This document shows, piece by piece, positions 15,192 through 28,393 of a stretch of DNA of 64,000 nt. How positions within the stretch are numbered: the first letter of the stretch is position 1; each line of letters opens with the position of its first letter. The DNA comes from Eledone cirrhosa (Eukaryota), in the NCBI GenBank assembly GCA_964016885.1, contig OZ024748.1, positions 24,738,001 to 24,802,000 of the forward strand, given 5' to 3'. The translations under genes and the position numbers were made by a program. The notes below the pieces were generated by a model. It searched no databases. It was not told the origin of the DNA and saw only the letters and a program-made list of their open reading frames with translations.

Positions 15192-16217
15192 GTAGGTGAA
15201 GGGATGGTAATTATAAATGGTATTTCCCAAGGTTATTTCAATGGAAATTCTACTGGTACTGATTTACAAATTCATTACCATATGATGTGTATAGATGATG
15301 GTTGCTGGTTGAAGTAGTGCCAGGAAAAATAATTGGATGTAACAATATTTGTTAAGTTAGGCTTAATAATGAGAAAATTAGTTATATGACTAAACTTCTT
15401 CGAATTTTTTTTTATTATTTTCAAAATTCTTTTAAAATTCAAATTATTTGTATCTATTCTATCGAGAATAAATTAAGACAATCTATATAAAAAAAAGGGA
15501 AAAGTTGGAGAAGACACATGCACTCAATTACATCCCATAACAAGGAGTAATCCTTTTTGACAACCAGCCAAGATACTTGCTGCATTGCGACAGATGATAA
15601 CAAGGCTAAGACACTGGATTAACCCAGCAGCCTTGTATATATCACCTGATACATTCATAAGATGGGCCACCAATAATAAGAACCTTCCTAGCTTCAAAAT
15701 GGAGGGAATATTGATTCAAGCCAGAGTCAGCTGGTTATGACTATAGACAGTATCATTCATTAAAAATATGGTAAGAAACAGGTTAAGTAAAAGGCTGGAC
15801 TGGTTTTTCTGCTTTTAATGTGTATTTCTGTGTTTTTAATGGGAATGTTTGCTGCGTTTTGTGTTTTTAATAGGAATTTTTGCTGTTTCTGTGTTTTTAA
15901 TGGGTATTTTTCTGTTGTGTTCTGTGTTTTTAATGGATATTTCTCTGATTGTGTTCTGTTTTTTTATGTGCATTTCTGTGTTGTGTTATCTGTTCAATGG
16001 GTATCACTGTTGGACATTCTGTTTTTAATGGATATTTCTCTGATTGTGTTCTGTTTTAATATGTATTTCTATGTTGTGTTATCTGTTCAATGAGTATCAC
16101 TGTTAGACATTCTGTTTTTAAGGGATATTTCTCTGTTGTCTTCTCTGTTTTTAAAAGATATTTCTCTGTTTTGTTCTGTGTTTTTAATGGGTATTGTGTT
16201 CTATGTTCAACATATAG

Positions 16218-16385
16218 AGAGGCATCACTACAATAGTGAACAACCTCATAGAATATTTCTGGAAAGAGATCTTACAAATCGAAGTTATGTTCAATGATCA
16301 ACATAAGTCTCCCTATAAACACCGGAACTTCTCACTGGAAACAAGTCGGATCTTATGGATTCATGGATTGTTGAAAAACATTCAG
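16218..16385 (+). CDS. Dynein HC-like exon 4
   Basis: catatag / gtattt; RGITTIVNNLIEYF...RNFSLETSRILWIHGLLKNIQ. Confidence 0.85.
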
Positions 16386-16447
16386 GTATTTAGTGTTATT
16401 TTATTAATATTGGTGTTTGGCAGAATTCTAAATATTCTAGGTATGAA

Positions 16448-16522
<75 letters not shown>

Positions 16523-17180
16523 CCCATATATATGCATGTATGTATATACATATATATCATATATCATGCAAGCAAGGAAAATGATGATGATGAGGTAAAA
16601 TGATGATGATGATGATGATGATACATACTTAAATATAGCTTGGAAATATATATATATACATACACACTAGCAGTGTGTATAAAAAAATATTTTATTTAAT
16701 ATCTCCTTGTTTACAACATTCTGCGTGAATCCCCTAGTTTTTCTTGATCTTTATAATCTCCAATCTACTGTGTGTGTGTGAAAGAGAGAGAGTGTATGAA
16801 TGTGTGTGTGTGTGCATGTATATGTGTGCATGTGTGTGTGTATGTATGTGTATATGTGTGGATGTGTGTGTGTGCATATATGTGTGTATGTGTGTACATG
16901 TGTGTGTGAGAACACGTGTGAGTGTGCTTGTGTGCGTGTGTGTTTTGTGTGAATGTGTGAATGTGTGTGTGTGCATATATGTGTGTACATATGTGTATGA
17001 GAACACGTGTGCGTGTGTGTGTGTGTGTGTGTATGTTTTATGTAGATCTGTCAATTCATTCAGCAGATATTTCGTTTCTGATATTTGAAATGCTTCTTCC
17101 TCTCTCCCTCCCTTCCTCCTTTCCTTCTTTAAACCCACTTTTGAGAATGTTCTTTAAAATATACATTTGCATATTTCTAG

Positions 17181-17284
17181 AAACTTATGTCAAACATAGA
17201 AGAAATATGTTCACATTCTTTGGAAGAAGAGAAAGAGAGGATGATGAAAGTTCATTTTAAGGAAATATTGAACAAATTTGAACA
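17181..17284 (+). CDS. Dynein HC-like exon 5
   Basis: tttctag / gtaag; KLMSNIEEICSHSLEEEKER...ILNKFE(Q); supplies the phase 0-to-2 change needed. Confidence 0.82.
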
Positions 17285-18089
17285 GTAAGATTTTTCATAC
17301 AACTTTACTAAATTTAACAATAAACTTAATCCTCAACATCATACTGTAATTAAAACATATTGTCTCTGATTGAGATGAAGCAAGAGTGTATTTGAATATA
17401 TACAAAAATGAGATATCTCATCACTAGAACAGCTAAATGCTGTCAAAGACAGCATTGGGCAAAAATGCCTCAGAGGACAGAAACCAGTGGCCAGTGGTCA
17501 ACAGACAGACAATCCACAAGGTGTTAACAGCTGTTCTAGCGATGAGTTTTCTCATTTTTATATGTATTATCCTGTAATGATTGGCAATGTTGTTAGAACA
17601 GCGGATAGAATGTTTTGTGGTATTTCTTCTGGTTTTCTGCTCTCTGAGTTCATATCCCACCAAGGTCAAAAATTTGCCTTTCATCCTTTCAAGGTTGATA
17701 AATAAAGTACCAGTACTGGGTTGATTCTCTCTCACTCTCTCTTCCACCCCCTCTCTCTATATATGTATATATATATTTAAGAAATCAGCTGTGTCCAGCT
17801 CTGGTGAGGGGATGGGCTCTGCCAGGATTAAAATGCTCAAGACATGTATGTCAAAACTGAACCCCTACAACTTCATTAAACGTTAAGAAGCCATACATAC
17901 ATACACACATACATACATAGATACGTGCACACATACATACACACATACATACATACATAAATAGATACGTGCACACATACATACATACACACATACATAC
18001 TTATACACACATACACACATATGCATACACAAATTCATACATGCATACATATATACATACAAGGGTTTAGCAGAAAATATCTATAAACA

Positions 18090-18366
18090 TGAGCCACTTT
18101 GATGACAGTGAAGAGGAGGAAGCTGAGATGGTATGGGGCATGTAACAAGATCACAAATTTTTTCCTAGAACAGTGTGTGTGGGGGAAAGAGGTGGTGGGT
18201 GGGGGCAGACAGAAGGGGTGGTGGACCGACAACATAGCTGAGTGGACAGGAAAGTACTTTGCCTCAACCCAATCACTCAGCCATGACCACAAAGAGATGG
18301 AGGCAGTTGGTGCTGTGTTCCAACGACCCTGAAAAAGGGACCATGATGATGATGATGATGATGATG
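18090..18366 (+). mobile_element. RTE-like LINE 3' fragment with (ATG)n tail
   Basis: TVKRRKLRWYG...WWTDNIAEWTG resembles the RTE ORF C-terminus. Confidence 0.7.
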
Positions 18367-18549
18367 TTCTTGACATGGCTCAACAAATGTCTGTCTTATG
18401 TGTGTGTATGAGTTCTGTCTTGTGTGTGCGTGTATGTGTGTCTCCTCTGTGTGTTTTGTGTGTGCACATGTGCGTGTCTGTGTACATGTGTGTCCACCGT
18501 GTGTTGTGTGTGTGTCCATATGTGTGTGTCTGTGTTATTTGTGAGTCTG

Positions 18550-19970
18550 TGCATGTGCGTGTGTGTCCCCTCTGTGTGCTGTGTCTGTGTGTGTGTGCTT
18601 CCCCGTGCTGTGTATTGTGTGTGCGTGTGTATTTGTGTATCTGTGTTATGTATGAGTGTCCTCTGTGTGTGTCCTCTGTGTGCTGTGTCTGTGTGTGTGT
18701 GCTTCCCCGTGCTGTGTATTGTGTATGCGTGTGTATTTGTGTATCTGTGTTATGTATGAGTGTCCTCTGTGTGTGTCCCCTCTGTGTGCTGTGTCTGTGT
18801 GTGTGTGTGTGCTTCCCCGTGCTGTGTATTGTGTGTGTGTGTGTGTATTTGTGTATCTGTGTTATGTATGAGTGTCCTCTGTGTGTGTCCCCTCTGTGTG
18901 CTGTGTCTGTGTGTTCTTCCCCGTGCTGTGTATTGTGTGTGTGTGTGTGTATTTGTGTATCTGTGTTATGTATGAGTGTCCTCTGTGTGTGTCCCCTCTG
19001 TGTGCTGTGTCTGTGTGTTCTTCCCCGTGCTGTGTATTGTGTGTGTGTGTGTGTATTTGTGTATCTGTGTTATGTATGAGTGTCCTCTGTGTGTGTCCCC
19101 TCTGTGTGTTGTGTCTGTGTGTGTGTGCTTCCCCGTGCTGTGTATTGTGTGTGTGTGTGTGTATTTGTGTATCTGTGTTATGTATGAGTGTCCTCTGTGT
19201 GTGTCCCCTCTGTGTGCTGTGTCTGTGTGTTCTTCCCCGTGCTGTGTATTGTGTGTGTGTGTGTGTATTTGTGTATCTGTGTTATGTATGAGTGTCCTCT
19301 GTGTGTGTCCCCTCTGTGTGTTGTGTCTGTGTGTGTGTGCTTCCCCGTGCTGTGTATTGTGTGTGTGTGTGTGTATTTGTGTATCTGTGTTATGTATGAG
19401 TGTCCTCTGTGTGTGTCCCCTCTGTGTGTTGTGTCTGTGTGTGTATGCTTCCCCGTGCTGTATATTGTGTGTGTATTTGTGTATCTGTGTTATGTATGAG
19501 TGTCCTCTGTGTGTGTCCCCTCTGTGTGTTGTGTCTGTGTGTGTATGCTTCCCCGTGCTGTGTATTGTGTGTGTGTGTATTTGTGTATCTGTGTTATGTA
19601 TGAGTGTCCTCTGTGTGTGTCCCCTCTGTGTGTTGTGTCTGTGTGTGTCCCCTCTGTGTGCTGTGTCTGTGTGTGTGTTCTTCCCCGTGCTGTGTATTGT
19701 GTGTGTGTATTTGTGTATCTGTGTTATGTATGAGTGTCGTCTGTGTGTGTCCCCTCTGTGTGTTATGTCTGTGTGTGTGTGCTTCCCCGTGCTGTGTATT
19801 GTGTGTGTGTGTGTATTTGTGTATCTGTGTTATGTATGAGTGTCCTCTATGTGTGTCCTCTGTGTGTTGTGTCTGTGTGTGTGTGCTTCCCTGTGCTGTG
19901 TATTGTGTGTGTATTTGTGTATCTGTGTTATGTATGAGTGTCCTCTGTGTGTGTCCCCTCTGTGTGTGTG
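18550..19970. repeat. GT-rich minisatellite, about 104-110 bp unit, about 13 copies
   Basis: Recurring GTATCTGTGTTATGTATGAGTGTCCTCTGTGTGTG...CTTCCCCGTGCTGTGTATTG with variable (GT)n lengths. Confidence 0.95.
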
Positions 19971-20073
19971 TGTGAGTGTCTTCTGTATGTGTATGTCCTA
20001 TGTGTTGTGTGTGTGTAATAAATTATGCAGTCATTCATTTATGTTAACAGAATATTTTCGTTATTATTTTCAG

Positions 20074-20152
20074 GTACAAGATGGCCGCCATCCAGCAGTG
20101 GCAGTGTCAACTTACCAGACAATATTCAGGAAATCTTAAACAACCATTATTG
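20074..20152 (+). CDS. Dynein HC-like exon 6
   Basis: ttttcag / gtataa; YKMAAIQQWQCQLTRQYSGNLKQPLL (W...L.QPLL dynein tail motif). Confidence 0.85.
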
Positions 20153-20795
20153 GTATAAATCTTGATCTATCTACTCAGATAAACAACCATTATTGCTACA
20201 AACCTTAATCTATCTACTTAAAGGGGTTTTACTTTAAAAAATGGGGGCATTTCTAAAATTATTTACTGTGAAGTAACATTATTTAGTAGATAATTGGTAC
20301 TATGGAAGACATATTTTGCTGTGTAAAATGGAATATTATCATCTTCATCATCATCATCATCATCATCTAAATTTTATATACACTTTTCCATGCTTGCCAA
20401 ATACCAATCAAAACCACTAGGCATTTAGGCTAGGTTTTTACCAAGGGAAAGGCAATGGCCAATACACCTTGGCACCAGTGATGTCACAACTCATTTCTAC
20501 AGCTGTGTAACTGGAGGAACATAAAATAAAGTATCTTGCTCAAGGACAGAACACACCTCCAAGTCCGAAAATCAAACTCCCGATTGCTAGCCTAACACTC
20601 TAACTACTAAGCCATGTGCCTTATATATATATACATATATATATACGTTATTCCGGGTTGAATCGGAGGTAACCACAGTAAGTAAGGTACTCAATACATA
20701 GCAGAGTATAGAAGTTTTAATATAGATGAGATTCTACAGGACTAGAACTGTTTAATTCTTGAGAAATCATCAGGAATCTGATTATTTGGACAGTC

Positions 20796-20846
20796 AGATT
20801 CCTGATGATTTCTCAAGAATGAAACAGTTCTAGTCCTGTAGAATCT
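20796..20846 (+). ncRNA. Minimal type-I hammerhead ribozyme motif (Penelope/retrozyme type), inside a 69-bp-arm palindrome 20713-20862
   Basis: AGATTC-CTGATGA-tTTCtcaaGAAt-GAAACAG ttctagtc CTGTA-GAATCT; stems I/II/III pair; GUA triplet ends at 20840. Confidence 0.75.
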
Positions 20847-21871
20847 CATCTATATTAAAACTATATATATATATATATATCCATTAAAAGTGGCAACATA
20901 ATGCCAGACAGGAAACTTTAAATTTTAATCTTGCAAAATCCCTATGCATATTTCAATGACCCAGCTTCATCATCCAAATATAATGCAAGATGCAGGCGAT
21001 TTCATCAGGTGCTAATTGCAGAATTACTTATATAAGAGAACGGGAAATTGGTGAGCACAAACATTGAATAGAAAATAGAAGATCGATTTTGATTCGGTGT
21101 TATTGTAATTGCAGGTCATATATACATATATATATATACACACACACACACACATATAAAACTAGGTACATTTACACATGAATACATCGAGTAAGTCTTA
21201 CATATGTGTGTATAGATTTTTAGACCACTAACTGCACATATCTACACACCCAATCACATATATATGCAACCAAATACCTATTGCATATGTGAATTTAAAC
21301 ACATAATGAATCTATATATATTTATTCATAAGTGTGATATAGTCTATATATACATATTTGTGTGAGAGAAGGATAGAAAGGTAAATCAAAGAGAAAGAAA
21401 GAGAAGTTGGAAGATAACAGTTTTACTTAACAACAAATACCATGAGTTCTTTCTTTTTTGGCATGGATATTTTACTGTTCCTCAATTATCTGACTTCCAT
21501 TCCATTATAACTTTCAGTCTTTCTTCACCTTATTTCCTATAATTGTCTTTAATTTTTTACTCCAGGTGTAGTTAAGAGTTGGAATTTTATTCATTGCTTA
21601 TTCTGAGGGAGAACAGAGTTTTCTTCCAAACTTTATGAGGTTTTGTTGAAAAATGCGATGTTGTTTCATGACAAACAAACTATCATGTTTATTTTACATT
21701 CATACTCACACACAAACGCACATACATGCCCACATATGCATATACAGAGATATGCTCACAGACACACACATAAACACACATGCATGCTCACACACACATA
21801 CATAAACACACACTAGCATGTGCATGCACACACACACCCATACTAAATACCTATTTCTTCTTATGTTATAG

Positions 21872-22162
21872 ACAGCTGAAGAATTTGATGAGAACAAACA
21901 AACGAGGCCATCCATTATATTTATTAATTTGCCAGCTGACTTTCTGAAAGTTCTCAAAGAACTGCAGTATCTTTCATTGGAACCAGTAAAGTTGATTTGT
22001 CATTTAAGTGTCAGAGATATTTTAGATGATGTTCCATTAACAGAGCTACGCGGTGTAGTCAACAGACTTGAAATAGTTGTCCAGAAATACAATACCATCT
22101 TTCAGATGATCACTGATGTAGAAATACCATTTTTTCAAGGAAAATTTTATGAGATTGATCAT
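21872..22162 (+). CDS. Dynein HC-like exon 7
   Basis: ttatag / gtgagt; ...IFINLPADFLKVLKELQYL...VVQKYNTI...EIPFFQGKFYEIDH. Confidence 0.9.
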
Positions 22163-22244
22163 GTGAGTTAATGAGAGTTTAATTATTTCTTAACTGCCAT
22201 CATATCAATAATAACAACATCAATTGCATTCTTTTTATTATCAA

Positions 22245-22294
<50 letters not shown>

Positions 22295-22503
22295 GTAATG
22301 CATTTACTCTGGCAGATGTTATACTAACACTATACCAAAAGAGCGAGCCATAGCTAATTTGAGGGGGAGAGGGGAATCCTTCCCAGGTGCCCTCGAAGTG
22401 TTGGGTGGTTCAAGATTGGTGGGGTACCTGAATCACCTGTGAGTGGTTATCTCCTGTGTTATTGTTATTTATATTTACACATATTTATGTAAAACCCCCA
22501 TTG

Positions 22504-22542
<39 letters not shown>

Positions 22543-23394
22543 CCATCATTAGTCTGATGGATTGGCAGAATTCTTAAAACAACAGAAGCCTCACACTATT
22601 TAGTTCCAGTTCTTTTCTGTTCTGAGTTCAAATCCTACTGAGGTACACTTTGTCTTTCACCTTACAGGAATCGATAAAATAAAGTACTAGTAAAGCACTG
22701 GGATTGATTTAATCAACTTTCTCCTCCCCAGAAATGTATTGGCATTGTGCTGAGCACAGCTCTGTGTGCCTTGGGTATATGCACCACCTTACAGAGACAG
22801 AATTCTGTGAATGGACGATTCTGGATGGTTTAGCAGTTGCAAACTGGTTGTTAAGGCTGGCTGTTGATTTAGATTGTATGTGAAATTTGGCAAGAAATGT
22901 TATCTAGGCTACTAAAGCTGACCTCAGCATTGTTTATGCTGAAGAGATTGTAATGCTTGTGTTTTGTTAGTGTCTATACTTCATGCCTTTGATTGGGGTT
23001 CATCTGGAGATAAACTACATTTAGAACTCCTAACACAACATTAGGACACCAAATAACTTTTGAGGTTCATCAGGAGACAAATCTGCTGATCCTGGATTGG
23101 CAATATCAGTCATCTGTGTGTCTGCGCATGAAGCAGACAGAACTGATCTAAGCTTCAAATGGCACATTCATTATCAAAGTTATCACCAGCAACAACAGCA
23201 CTTAAGAAGGGCAGATAAATCATGGTTACATTGGAAATTACATTCAACATGTAAGGGGGATTTAACCACCTTATGTTTTTCTTTTTAGTTCTGTGGACGA
23301 TATTTCTTTTGATGTTCTGGGAGTTTAAAATATTTATAAGCTTTACTCATGGTTGTTTATGACTGATTATAATCAACTTATTCATTAATTACAG

Positions 23395-23621
23395 CTAATT
23401 AACAATGGTCTTCAGAAATTAACCTGGAAAATGAAAGAGTCTCTAGATTTTATTGAATCAGCAATGTCACTTGTTTGTAATGATGTTTATCAAAGTTTGG
23501 AAACTGTACAATCTAATTCTAAATTAATTGTTGAAATAACAACCAGCTGGGCTGACTACTTAGCACAGATTCCTGTCATTCAACAACCATTTACTATGGA
23601 ACAACTGGAACAGTTTAAAAG
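23395..23621 (+). CDS. Dynein HC-like exon 8 (end of DHC_N1)
   Basis: ttacag / gtaaat; LINNGLQKLTWKMKESLDFIESAM... Confidence 0.9.
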
Positions 23622-23743
23622 GTAAATATTTTAATTGGAGCTGTGGTTATCTTATCTTTGTTGTCGACACTGCCTTGTCTTTATATAGTTTCTATATACT
23701 TCATATATAAACCTTAAATAGCTCTTATCTAGTCTCTATCGTT

Positions 23744-23784
<41 letters not shown>

Positions 23785-24789
23785 TTAACATCTGATTTCC
23801 ATGCTAGCAAGGGTTGGTCTACATAGACCAAGTCAGTACTGAAGTAGGGGCTACTGACCTCCCAAACAGGCCAAGAGGTCTATATTTTGCTTATGTGTGG
23901 TCATAGGAATGCAGAAAAGAAGTTGTCATGTCTTTTGACACAAGCTGAAGGGTCCTTTCAAGTTTTCTATGGCTGGAAACCCTTCCTATCAGCAACCAAT
24001 TTACAGCATGTATTGGGTGTGTTTATTGTGTAGACCACTATATAGTTCATATATTATCCTTATATAGTTCATATATAGTTTTTATATAGTCCTTATATAG
24101 TACCTATATAATCCTAATATACTTCATATATAATCCTTATATAGTCTTTATATAGTCCTTATATAGTCTTTATATAATCCTTATATAGTTTTTATATATT
24201 CCTTATATAATATACAGACACACTCACCTGATCTGACTTGTCTCACAACTTGTCTAACTCATGCTAGCATGGAATATGGCTATTAAATGATGATGATGAT
24301 GGTGGTGGTGGTGGTGGTGGTGGTGGTGGTTGTTGTCGTCCATATATAACATTTTATGCATTCCATTTTAGTCCCTATATAGTTCTTTTATGTGTAGCCC
24401 ATGTATAGACAAATTCACCTCATATACATATTTTGCACTTATAGATATTGTAGGAGCAGTGTCTTTATACAACCAAGCTGTCCTTCTTCAAACATACTAT
24501 CACTATATGGTAAAATTGCCCTTATGCAAACATACTATTTCTATATTGGGAATTTTACCCTTACACAGACTTACACTCTTTATTCTACATTCTATCAACA
24601 AATAAAATATAAATTAATATTAACATATATAATATTCATGTCTAGATATAAGTTCACAGTTTTAAAAACATTGAAATTATTAAAAAAACTTTGGTGTTAA
24701 AATTGTTAGTTTTATATCAAATTATTAAATGAAATGTGATTTTGTTCACTCCATCATGGCACAAAGTTTCTGTTACACACGCACACAGT

Positions 24790-25150
24790 TTTTCTAGATG
24801 ACATCCAGAGAAAGACCACTTTAGTGGCATAAATCACTCACACGCATGTTCAAGCCTAGAGACAAGTTGTCTCCCCTATTTCACTCTTCTACTACTACTA
24901 TAATGGCCTCTGTCCTTCTGAATTAGCTGCTGTCAGGCTTCCTCAACTCAAGCCCTCCTGATTTACTCATCACTTTTTCTCTTACACCCCATATATATGT
25001 TGTTTCCAGCATCCCTTCTATTCCTCACACTAACCACTATGCCCAATCCTTCTTGTTCAGAACATCATCACCCCGGGATTCCCCCCTTGTTCATGTCTTT
25101 CCTACAGACATTAAATTTGCAACAGTTTAAGCAGAACATCAGCAACATCC
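24790..25150 (+). mobile_element. Decayed CR1/Jockey-group LINE RT C-terminal fragment
   Basis: Frameshifted translation FYYYYNGLCPSELAA...TNHYAQSFLFRTS...FPTDINLQQFKQNI. Confidence 0.6.
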
Positions 25151-25280
25151 AGGCCAGTGAAAACCACAGGAACTGCCCCTTCTCCCAGAATTAGCAAGGA
25201 AAACAAACGAAAAAAAAAGGATTTTTCTTAACAATTATTACATAAACATCTTTTGCTCTCTCTCTTACTTTCTTCATTAG

Positions 25281-25359
25281 CAACATTTTAGAGAAGTTCA
25301 AGGAACTACTGCTACCATCTAATCACAAGATTGGTTTATTGTTGAAATCTTCATTACAG
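25281..25359 (+). CDS. Dynein HC-like exon 9
   Basis: cattag / gtaag; NILEKFKELLLPSNHKIGLLLKSSLQ, phase 2-0. Confidence 0.82.
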
Positions 25360-25372
25360 GTAAGAAACTTAG

Positions 25373-25740
25373 TTCTTCTTCTTCTTCAACTCCCACTTAT
25401 TCCTGAGATGGTCGTGGGGGCAGAGTCCTCAAACACTCCTTCCAGCGGGTCCTCTCAGAAGCAACAGACTCCAACTAATCCAGCTGGATCCCTAGGAATG
25501 ACCAGCCAAGTTCATGGATGTTATCCAACCATCTTGCTCATTGTCAACTCCTGGGTCTCCTGCCAGTTGGTTTTGCCCGTAAAATCTGTCCAGCGATTCT
25601 TTCCTGAGACATTCTAACCACATGCCCATAGTATCGGAGCTGTGATCTCTCAATTTGGAGAAGTAGCATCTCTCTCTGGTGACTCTCTGATATCCGAACT
25701 ACACACTTTATCGAGTAACGTTACTCCAAGGACCCTTAGT
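25373..25740 (-). mobile_element. RTE-clade (Expander/Rex3-like) LINE 3' fragment
   Basis: Minus strand reads LLLQIERSQLRYYGHVVRMSQERIAGQILRAKPTGRRPR; (AAG)n tail. Confidence 0.8.
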
Positions 25741-25787
25741 TACAGGTAAAAAAATCTTGATTATAGGTAAGTTTGTTATCGAAAGGG

Positions 25788-26005
25788 TTAACCCTTTCGT
25801 AACAATGTTTGAAAATTTTAAGAATTTGGAGAGATTTAGTAAAATAATTAACCCTCTCATTATTAAACCAGTGTTCAGAACATCAAAAGTTCTTATATAA
25901 AATTATGATGGAATGCCTTTAGATAAATATAAACACTTTAAAAGAAACAGTTTTGTATCATAAAACCAGGGACTGTTTTAGTTAGTTTGGTATCAAAAGG
26001 GTTAA
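25788..26005. mobile_element. TTAA-bounded MITE-like element (piggyBac-like termini)
   Basis: TTAACCCTTT...AAAGGGTTAA ends; related copies near 36305-36699, 62697-62946, and partial at 44308 and 58908. Confidence 0.6.
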
Positions 26006-26034
26006 ATCATTTTATTTTCCCACTTGTTTCTAAG

Positions 26035-26178
26035 GTTCTTGAAGTCAGTGAAATATCACCATATTGGCAAGACTACCTCCTACATATTGATCTGATTATT
26101 GTCAATGGTTTAAAGAATGCAATCCAATCTCATCTTAAAATATTGTTGTCGTTCATCTCCAGGAATTCTGATACAAAG
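26035..26178 (+). CDS. Dynein HC-like exon 10
   Basis: ctaag / gtaag; VLEVSEISPYWQDYLLHIDLIIVNGLKNAIQSHLKIL. Confidence 0.9.
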
Positions 26179-26407
26179 GTAAGATAATGGTTTAATTACT
26201 TTGTCAAAGAAACTTCAATGGCATAGAGGAATAGATGGCAAAGCTGTGTGGTTAAGGAGTTTGCTTCTTAGCCATGTGGTTCTGGTTCTGGGTTCACTTC
26301 TGCTGTGTGGAACCTTGGGCAAGACTCTTTTTATATATCCCTTCCTTGATTGATTAATGTTCTGTGAGTGAAATTTTAAAAATGGAAACTATGGAAGCTC
26401 ATCATAT

Positions 26408-26501
<94 letters not shown>

Positions 26502-26527
26502 TGTGTGTAAGATTTAGTATAGAATGG

Positions 26528-26690
26528 CTTCTACAGGACTAGAACTGTTTCATTCATCTGAAATAATCAGGAATGTCCTGATTATTTCATACGAATGAAA
26601 CAGTTCTAGTCCTGTAGAAGTTATTTCTATATATAATAAAGATCCCTATACTCTACCAACGTGTTGAGTACCTTTTTTAACTGTGGTTGT
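26528..26690. mobile_element. Second copy of the hammerhead-palindrome element (core mutated to CTGATTA in both arms)
   Basis: CTACAGGACTAGAACTGTTTC...GAAACAGTTCTAGTCCTGTAG; flank is the reverse complement of the leader at about 20670-20711. Confidence 0.7.
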
Positions 26691-26761
26691 TGCCAACACA
26701 TATATATAAGCCCCGTCTAACCCATGCTAGCATGAAAAATGGACGTTAAACAGTGATGATG

Positions 26762-26826
<65 letters not shown>

Positions 26827-27836
26827 TATGTCTCTATTTGTGTTTATGTCCCATAATTTATCAGTTGGACAAAAAGAAATGAATAAAATAAGTACTTGAA
26901 ACAATAAAACTTGGGGTTGATATGATTGATTAAATCCCTTCACAGCAGTGCCCCAGCATGGCCACAGTATAATGACTGAAACTTGTAAAAGAATACAAGA
27001 CTAAATCCCTTCAAGGCAATGCCCCATCATGGCCACAGTATAATGTATGAAACTTGTAAAAGGGAATATGTATTTCAGTTGATTAGAAGAGAGGGAAAAT
27101 TGATTTCATGTATGGTGTAATTATAGGGCTTTCATGCCTAACCAAGATGGCAAATTTGCAGAGTCATTAGAACATTTGAGAGAATACATTGGGGTATTGG
27201 TTCCAGTTCTCTGACTTCAAATCCCACTGAGGCCAACTTTGTCTTTCATCCTTTCAAGGTTGATAAAAGAATGTACCAGTCTTGTACTGGGGTCGACTGT
27301 TCCTCTATAAATCTTTCTCTCTTCCTCTCTCTTTCCTTCTCTGGAAGAAACCAGCTGCTGTGTTCAGACCTGGAGAGGAGAGGGCCACTATAAGATTGCC
27401 CAAGATTCACCCTTATCCCTCCACTAGGAGTTACTGGTCCATAGTTACAAACATATATATAATGGTTTCTGATTTAGGCATAAGGACAACAATTTGGTGG
27501 GCAAATGTTTACTTCATCATCAACAAATATCAAACGAGGGAAGATGAAAATGAAAGTCACATCTCTCAATGAAATCTCTATTTACAAAAGTAGTGGTCCC
27601 AAAACACTTTGAGTCCCCTGGGAGGTGGTCCAAAAACATTTTGAGTCCTCTACCTTAGCAGGCAGGATCTGAACACAGAACGTAAAGGGCCATAACTCTA
27701 TGCTGCAAAGCATGGTGTCTGATGTTCTACTGATACTGCCAATCCACCGCCCTTATAATTACATACATATATCACAGCAGCTCTCCCCTCTCACTCCCCC
27801 AAGAGTTACAGCTCCATAGTTACATATACACACATA

Positions 27837-28168
27837 ATGGAGGCACATGGCTTGGTGGTTAGAGCATTGGCCTTGCAATCGAAAGGTTGTGAGTTCAATT
27901 CTCAGACCGGGTGATGTGTTGTTTCCTTGAGCAAGACATTTTATTTCACATTGCTCCAGTTTACTCAGCTGTAGAAATGAGATGATAGGGACTGGGGTCC
28001 TTATCATTCCACTGTAAAGTGGTCCTGGAGGTGCCATGGCAAAAAAGCACCCAGCACTCACTGTAAATGAGGTTGGTGTTAGGAAGGGCATCCAGCTGTA
28101 GAAATCAAGCCAGAATCAGTTCCCGTCCAACCCTTGCAAGCAGGGAAAAGCAGATGTAAAATGATGAT
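27837..28168 (+). mobile_element. tRNA-derived SINE family A, full length
   Basis: A box TGGCTTGGTGG, B box GAGTTCAATT, central CCTTGAGCAAGAC core, 3' end shared with the RTE LINE, (ATG)n tail. Confidence 0.9.
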
Positions 28169-28219
28169 ATGATATATATATATATATTCTAATGTTATTT
28201 GTATTTATTTATATCTTAG

Positions 28220-28393
28220 GATGTAGTGTCAGTCCCGTTTGTTATTGTAAATATCCTTTTGGTGGATAACTCCATTGTGTTTCAACCTCTCCTGGATCAG
28301 ACTATCAATTCAGTAAGTGTAACAGAAGTGATTCACTTATGGATAACTGAATTACTGGATCTAGCCACTCTTCTCTCACCCTACAGTGAACAG
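28220..28393 (+). CDS. Dynein HC-like exon 11
   Basis: cttag / gtaag; DVVSVPFVIVNILLVDNSIVFQPLL... Confidence 0.88.

Noticed and set aside
18375-19975. Cys/Val-rich ORFs resembling metallothionein or keratin-associated proteins
   Set aside because: Products of a (GT)-rich minisatellite, open in several frames
20940-21020. Minus-strand CTGATGA...GAAATATGCATA hammerhead candidate
   Set aside because: Stems I and II do not pair convincingly; at best a decayed remnant
27837-27915. SINE heads as tRNA genes (also 45742, 41479)
   Set aside because: A/B boxes are present but there is no acceptor stem; they continue into SINE core and tail
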